The translations under genes were made by a program, and so were the position numbers. A DNA stretch of 64,000 nucleotides from Coleofasciculus sp. B1-GNL1-01 (GTDB taxonomy: Bacteria; Cyanobacteriota; Cyanobacteriia; Cyanobacteriales; Coleofasciculaceae), in the NCBI GenBank assembly GCA_040220235.1, contig JAVJTO010000053.1, one strand, 5' to 3'. How positions within the stretch are numbered: the first letter of the stretch is position 1; every line of letters starts with the position of its first letter. Below are positions 60,501 to 64,000 of this stretch, piece by piece. The notes under the pieces are model-generated. The model saw only the letters and a program-made list of their open reading frames with translations. It made no database searches and was not told the origin of the DNA.

Positions 60501-62094
60501 AATTGATAGGATCAAGTCCCAGAAAGTCATCACCTAAGCCTTCAATAGTAATGGTGTTAGTTGCTTCTAATAGAACATCATTGAAAGCCGCTAAGGCAAC
60601 TAACTCTGACTCAAAAATGATTGTTGGTGTGATGTCATTGGAAAGTATTTGACCGGGACTGCCAAAGGGATTGCCAGAAAAAGTAAAAGGTGAGGTATCT
60701 AGGTCATCACCATCTCCCACATCGTCACGGATTAAAATGTCTGTGGGGTCAAGCAGTAAAGTACCAACGTTACCGTTGTCAGCAGTGGTATCTGCTGTAC
60801 CCCCAAACTTAAGCTCTTTTTTCCCGGAGACTTCCACTAAGCCGCCATCCCCAGTGTTTAAACCGCCACGGGCGCTAATGTTGCCAGAAAATGCAGTTTG
60901 CCCATCCGCCCAGACAATCACAGTTCCGCCATCACCTGCGGTTAAAGCATCAGCCTGAATCGTAGAATTTTCATCAACTAATGTGATATCAGCATTCGGA
61001 ATTATTCCTTCACCTTGATAATCGCCACCAATGCGAACAGTTCCGCCATTATTTGTCCCCGATGCGTCAATATTGGCAGAAATTAACCCTACGGTTTTGC
61101 CAATAATATTTATCTCGCCGCCAATGGCTGGTGAGGGCGAATAGACGTTTGCCGATGCATTTTCAATATTAGAGACATCAATAGTGCCAGAGATAATGGT
61201 AATGTCTGTTTCATTGGGAAGAATTAAGTCAGAATCGGTTAATTTCACCGTTTCGGCTGAATCCACCTCAACACCTGTCTCCAGGTTTTCCTCTGTTCCC
61301 GTCAACAATTCAGCTAAATCTAAGGGTGTAAAGGGAATAACTTGTCCCGAACTATTCACCAATGGTTCAACCTCCAAAGACAGCAATTGTCCGGCTTGAG
61401 AAATCTTGACCCGATGAGAACCGGGAACGGCTGCAATGGTAATTCTTCCTCCCGGTGCTGTTAGTTCTCCCGTATTAATAACCGTACCACCGAGTAAAGT
61501 TAAATTCTGACCCTGGGAGATAGCTAAATTTCCGGCATTAATAATACTTCCAGGCTGAGATACATCAAAGATAAACTGTCCAGGATTTCCGACGAATTGC
61601 TGATACTCATTTGTGCCAAAGGCATTGAACCAACCATTCTCGCCAAACCCAATCCCTGTAGCTGTTGTCGCCATAAAATCCGCCGGAACATTTAATTGAG
61701 CATTTTGCCCAAACACGATTCCCGCCGGATTCATTAAATATAAATTGGCATTTCCCCCTGTCACCTGAATCAAACCATTAATCAACGAGGGATTTCCGCC
61801 CATCACTCGTCCGAAAATATTGTTGAGGTGTGGATTTGCCAAAAAGTTGGCGATTTCACCTGCATCTAAGCCAAACTCCTGGAAACTGTGGAATAGATTG
61901 GTTTCGTCACTTGACAAACTGCCGCCATTAATGTTATGTGTATCTCCCTGTTGGTCAACAGTTGTACCCGTTCCATCGGATGCTGGGGTAATTGATTGTG
62001 CGAGTGTTTCTGAACCAACAAGACTCCCCACTATGGGCAGAAGAATAGCTGGAGTAACAGACAGCAAGCTCAAGTACCATGGAGCAGATTTCAT
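57586..62094 (-). CDS. Filamentous-haemagglutinin (TPS) domain protein with a C-terminal CHAT caspase-like protease domain
   Basis: Signal peptide; NLFHSF, NPAG (TPS domain); beta-helix GG.I.L repeats; HLATHG and LSACRT dyad; HPYFWSAFTLVG. Confidence 0.93.
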   Translation of the reverse strand: MKSAPWYLSLLSVTPAILLPIVGSLVGSETLAQSITPASDGTGTTVDQQGDTHNINGGSLSSDETNLFHSFQEFGLDAGEIANFLANPHLNNIFGRVMGGNPSLINGLIQVTGGNANLYLMNPAGIVFGQNAQLNVPADFMATTATGIGFGENGWFNAFGTNEYQQFVGNPGQFIFDVSQPGSIINAGNLAISQGQNLTLLGGTVINTGELTAPGGRITIAAVPGSHRVKISQAGQLLSLEVEPLVNSSGQVIPFTPLDLAELLTGTEENLETGVEVDSAETVKLTDSDLILPNETDITIISGTIDVSNIENASANVYSPSPAIGGEINIIGKTVGLISANIDASGTNNGGTVRIGGDYQGEGIIPNADITLVDENSTIQADALTAGDGGTVIVWADGQTAFSGNISARGGLNTGDGGLVEVSGKKELKFGGTADTTADNGNVGTLLLDPTDILIRDDVGDGDDLDTSPFTFSGNPFGSPGQILSNDITPTIIFESELVALAAFNDVLLEATNTITIEGLGDDFLGLDPINFPGFSLRGSITFNSGGSFSMNPGDTIFTQGRIEISAESINAGTLVSGSGISLTADGNITTADLGSLENIEVNAGGEISTNRLLTTSNVTIGGVEFSSPSPNSGAIQLEANGTITTGGINASSSKGNGANITLISQTGEILIDSTRGTVEDTSGAVFSYSESSGRGGNITLRAFGNIATGPIVSSSDQSNGGQIEIISQNGAIDTSAGELRIDDEIVRDTGWIISGSGEEGTGGDITVTARDNIITGPVVSASRLGNGGSINLTSTVGTINTLQGLTSIEAFETALSLINVSPEELSPQTPKSLFPLSAIIAGSLVSGSEGAGNGGNITVTAYGSLSNGGVLSGSREGNGGDVRLTSTVGDVETFVINTQSLGTGRGGNVEVNSAGFVQVTGSVFAALQEIPPGRIDPNDIPPNLNQEASISTAGGVEDGNITIRHGGGLRNTPFEVGNATTNGTTSAISSGDFTISPFQSFPGNYTLGNIRIITDNPTIIGLDNLSIIGLCPPYCYQIRESVNILDDSVINNSPVFNSVLAIEGSFTNQYENYWKLSNTPIITLAQTQAILQSIEQATGVKPALIYAVFVPGNGVGDDGGRVEVETRKRRGQEREAQRFAEGVGGWESMVLAEEVWEDGAQLELILVTAEGEPIRFVVPGATRERVMEMVKGFRRAVTDIRIPRPYLPSAQQLYQWLIAPLEEELRKREINNLAFIMDQGLRSLPVAALHDGNGFIVERYSIGFMPSLSLTDTRYVDVRDLQVLAMGASEFTEQNPLPAVPVELSAIADKLWQGESFLNSTFTPANLKAARADQPFGIVHLATHGEFKPGKPENSYIQFWNTRLSLDQIRQLGLHNPPVELMVLSACRTALGNQEAELGFTGLAVQAGVKSALGSLWYVSDEGTLGLMTTFYQNLKQVPIKAEALRQTQLAMIQGQVRIENGQLITPNSTIDLPEELAGIEDKAFTHPYFWSAFTLVGSPW

Positions 62095-62261
62095 GAGATA
62101 CACCTGAGACCTATTCAGTTGAATTTTACTCCCCGCTGGCAAGGGTTAAATCAACAAGCAATAAAACGCTAAGAAACGAGAAGATACTTGAGATTTTGTG
62201 ATTTTACGATACTTTGGGGGGGTTGGTGAAAATTAACTCAACACCCGACAAGTTCTTTCAA

Positions 62262-62500
62262 CAGGACTTACGCACAAATGCCATTTATGGTAGGGACACG
62301 GCATTGCCCACCCGTGTCAACTTAAGCTCAACCCCTCTCCCCGATTGATTTTCGTTATGGATGTTAGCAGTGCTTCACAGTTTAGATCCCCCTAAATCCC
62401 CCTTCAAAAGGGGGACTTTGATCGTTTCGGGAAGCGAGTATGACATAAGACGAATGACGAATGACATAAGACAAAGGACAAATAACGATCGCAAACGAGT
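62262..62500. repeat. Mixed repeat cluster (aggacttacgca motif, interrupted REP, cccctaaatcccccttcaaaagggggact hairpin, heptamers)
   Basis: Seen directly. Confidence 0.6.
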
Positions 62501-62536
62501 AAAATAACTCTTGTCTTGTGATCATCCTGCTTAATT

Positions 62537-62746
62537 TTGACCACCTGGATCACGCTGAAAACAACTCATACCCGCTGGGAAGCCGAGCTGATGCAGCAGG
62601 TTCTGGCAGCTCACGACATCCCTAGTCGGATTATTGATCAGGGTATCCCGTCCTATTTTGGGGCGGGAAGTCCGGCTGCGTTGCAAGTTCGCTCCTACGA
62701 TCAATGGACAGCTTTGTTATTGCTCAGTTCTCCAGACGAGGAATAA
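62537..62746 (+). CDS. DUF2007-like small protein
   Basis: [16 protein letters not shown] motif; TTG start; directly upstream of accD. Confidence 0.8.
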   Translation: MTTWITLKTTHTRWEAELMQQVLAAHDIPSRIIDQGIPSYFGAGSPAALQVRSYDQWTALLLLSSPDEE

Positions 62747-62786
62747 GCAGAAATATCGGATAATTATTAAGGAATTAAAACATTTC

Positions 62787-63725
62787 ATGTCTTTATTTGA
62801 CTGGTTTGCCAATCGACGAAAATCAGAACCGATTCCCCAACAACGACGGGAACGGGAGATTGCTGATGGATTGTGGACAAAATGTGAGGCGTGTGCGGTT
62901 CTCACCTATACTAAAGACCTGAGAGCCAATCAAATGGTTTGCTCGGAATGTGGTCATCATATCCGGGTTTATAGCGATGAACGGATTCGCCAGCTTATCG
63001 ATGGGAATACCTGGATACCCCTGGATGAGCAAATTCGCCCCACTGATCCGCTAAAATTCCGCGATCGCAAATCCTATACAGATCGCCTACAAGACTACCA
63101 AGCCAAGACTCAACTGACTGACGCCGTGCAAACCGGGATCGGACAGATTCATGGATTACCCATCGCCCTTGGCGTCATGGATTTCAGATTCATGGGCGGG
63201 AGTATGGGTTCGGTAGTGGGCGAAAAACTGACCCGCCTGATCGAACAAGCCACCCGCCAACGCTTACCTGTGGTGATTATCTGCGCCTCTGGCGGGGCGA
63301 GAATGCAAGAAGGCATGTTAAGCCTGATGCAGATGGCAAAAATCTCTGGGGCGCTGGAACAGCATCGTCAAGCTAACCTACTCTATATCCCTGTATTAAC
63401 CCATCCCACCACCGGAGGCGTTACGGCGAGTTTTGCCATGTTAGGGGACATTATCCTGGCTGAACCCAAAGCTACCATTGGCTTTGCGGGACGCCGAGTG
63501 ATTGAGCAAACCTTGCGCGAAAAACTCCCCGACGACTTTCAAACCTCTGAATATCTACTCCAGTACGGCTTTGTCGATGCGATCGTCCCTCGCACTCAGT
63601 TGAAAAAGACGCTAGCACAGCTTATCCGTCTCCATCAACCCTTTCCCACCTCACCTACTGTGGTTTCCCATTCAGAACCGATGACGTTGATGGCGAAAGG
63701 CGCTGATCATACAACGGAGTTTTGA
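62787..63725 (+). CDS. accD: Acetyl-CoA carboxylase carboxyltransferase beta subunit
   Basis: MSLFDWF, GLWTKC zinc finger, [32 protein letters not shown] before the ATG at 62787. Confidence 0.98.
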   Translation: MSLFDWFANRRKSEPIPQQRREREIADGLWTKCEACAVLTYTKDLRANQMVCSECGHHIRVYSDERIRQLIDGNTWIPLDEQIRPTDPLKFRDRKSYTDRLQDYQAKTQLTDAVQTGIGQIHGLPIALGVMDFRFMGGSMGSVVGEKLTRLIEQATRQRLPVVIICASGGARMQEGMLSLMQMAKISGALEQHRQANLLYIPVLTHPTTGGVTASFAMLGDIILAEPKATIGFAGRRVIEQTLREKLPDDFQTSEYLLQYGFVDAIVPRTQLKKTLAQLIRLHQPFPTSPTVVSHSEPMTLMAKGADHTTEF

Positions 63726-64000
63726 GGGGGAGGGTTTTGTGAGTTTTTACTTATAAATCTTTGACGTAAAAAACTTCTTGAGAGAAAGGCGTCCCCAGGA
63801 TGGCATCATATTCATAGTGAAATGACTCAATCTCAATTTCGTCAGTCAATTATTATGGGGTTTTCAGACCGATCAAAGCTGGACATTACTGCTGAATACA
63901 CGGTTACCACAAAAAAGATACCCGATCCAGGTAAACCGTTGGGAATCATTGAAAGACTGAAATTCAACAACCCTAACCTAGCTATCGCTTGAGGTTAGGG

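Noticed and set aside
1..64000. CRISPR array or cas genes
   Set aside because: No regularly spaced 25-45 bp repeats with unique spacers; the tandem arrays are 7- or 9-mers. TnpB has IS ends, not an array.
63726..64000. Gene or RNA at the right edge
   Set aside because: No convincing frame or structure in the available sequence.

Overview
A 64-kb chromosomal window from a cyanobacterium. Evidence: frequent HIP1 (GCGATCGC) sites, heptamer STRR arrays, a cyanobacteriochrome kinase and deoC-recO-MFS-glycosyltransferase synteny. The repeat style suggests a filamentous Oscillatoriales/Coleofasciculus-like genome (inference). Housekeeping and envelope genes include hspA, manC, two LCP proteins, an HD protein, ABC-2 and RND transporters, deoC, recO, recF, a probable dgdA, a P-type ATPase and accD. 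Accessory content: a DXCF-CBCR histidine kinase upstream of a hybrid response regulator, a membrane-anchored TIR protein, a non-autonomous IS200/IS605 element (tnpB with a rearranged RuvC site plus a frameshifted tnpA stub; both ends and the empty site can be reconstructed), a 4507-aa RTX/Calx-beta/subtilase protein, and a TpsB transporter near a TPS-domain/CHAT protease. Several families of tiny mobile repeats (GTAG-type REP doublets, a TA-flanked MITE, roughly 25-nt inserts) occur, some nested and some in-frame inside genes. Most novel-looking signals: a pore-less voltage-sensor-like membrane protein (16618-18048), the two-partner-secreted caspase-like CHAT protease, a three-way-junction RNA leader before a Rho-N/DUF4912 gene, and repeat-driven protein remodelling. 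No rRNA, tRNA or CRISPR array was seen. All calls come from reading the sequence by eye, without database searches.
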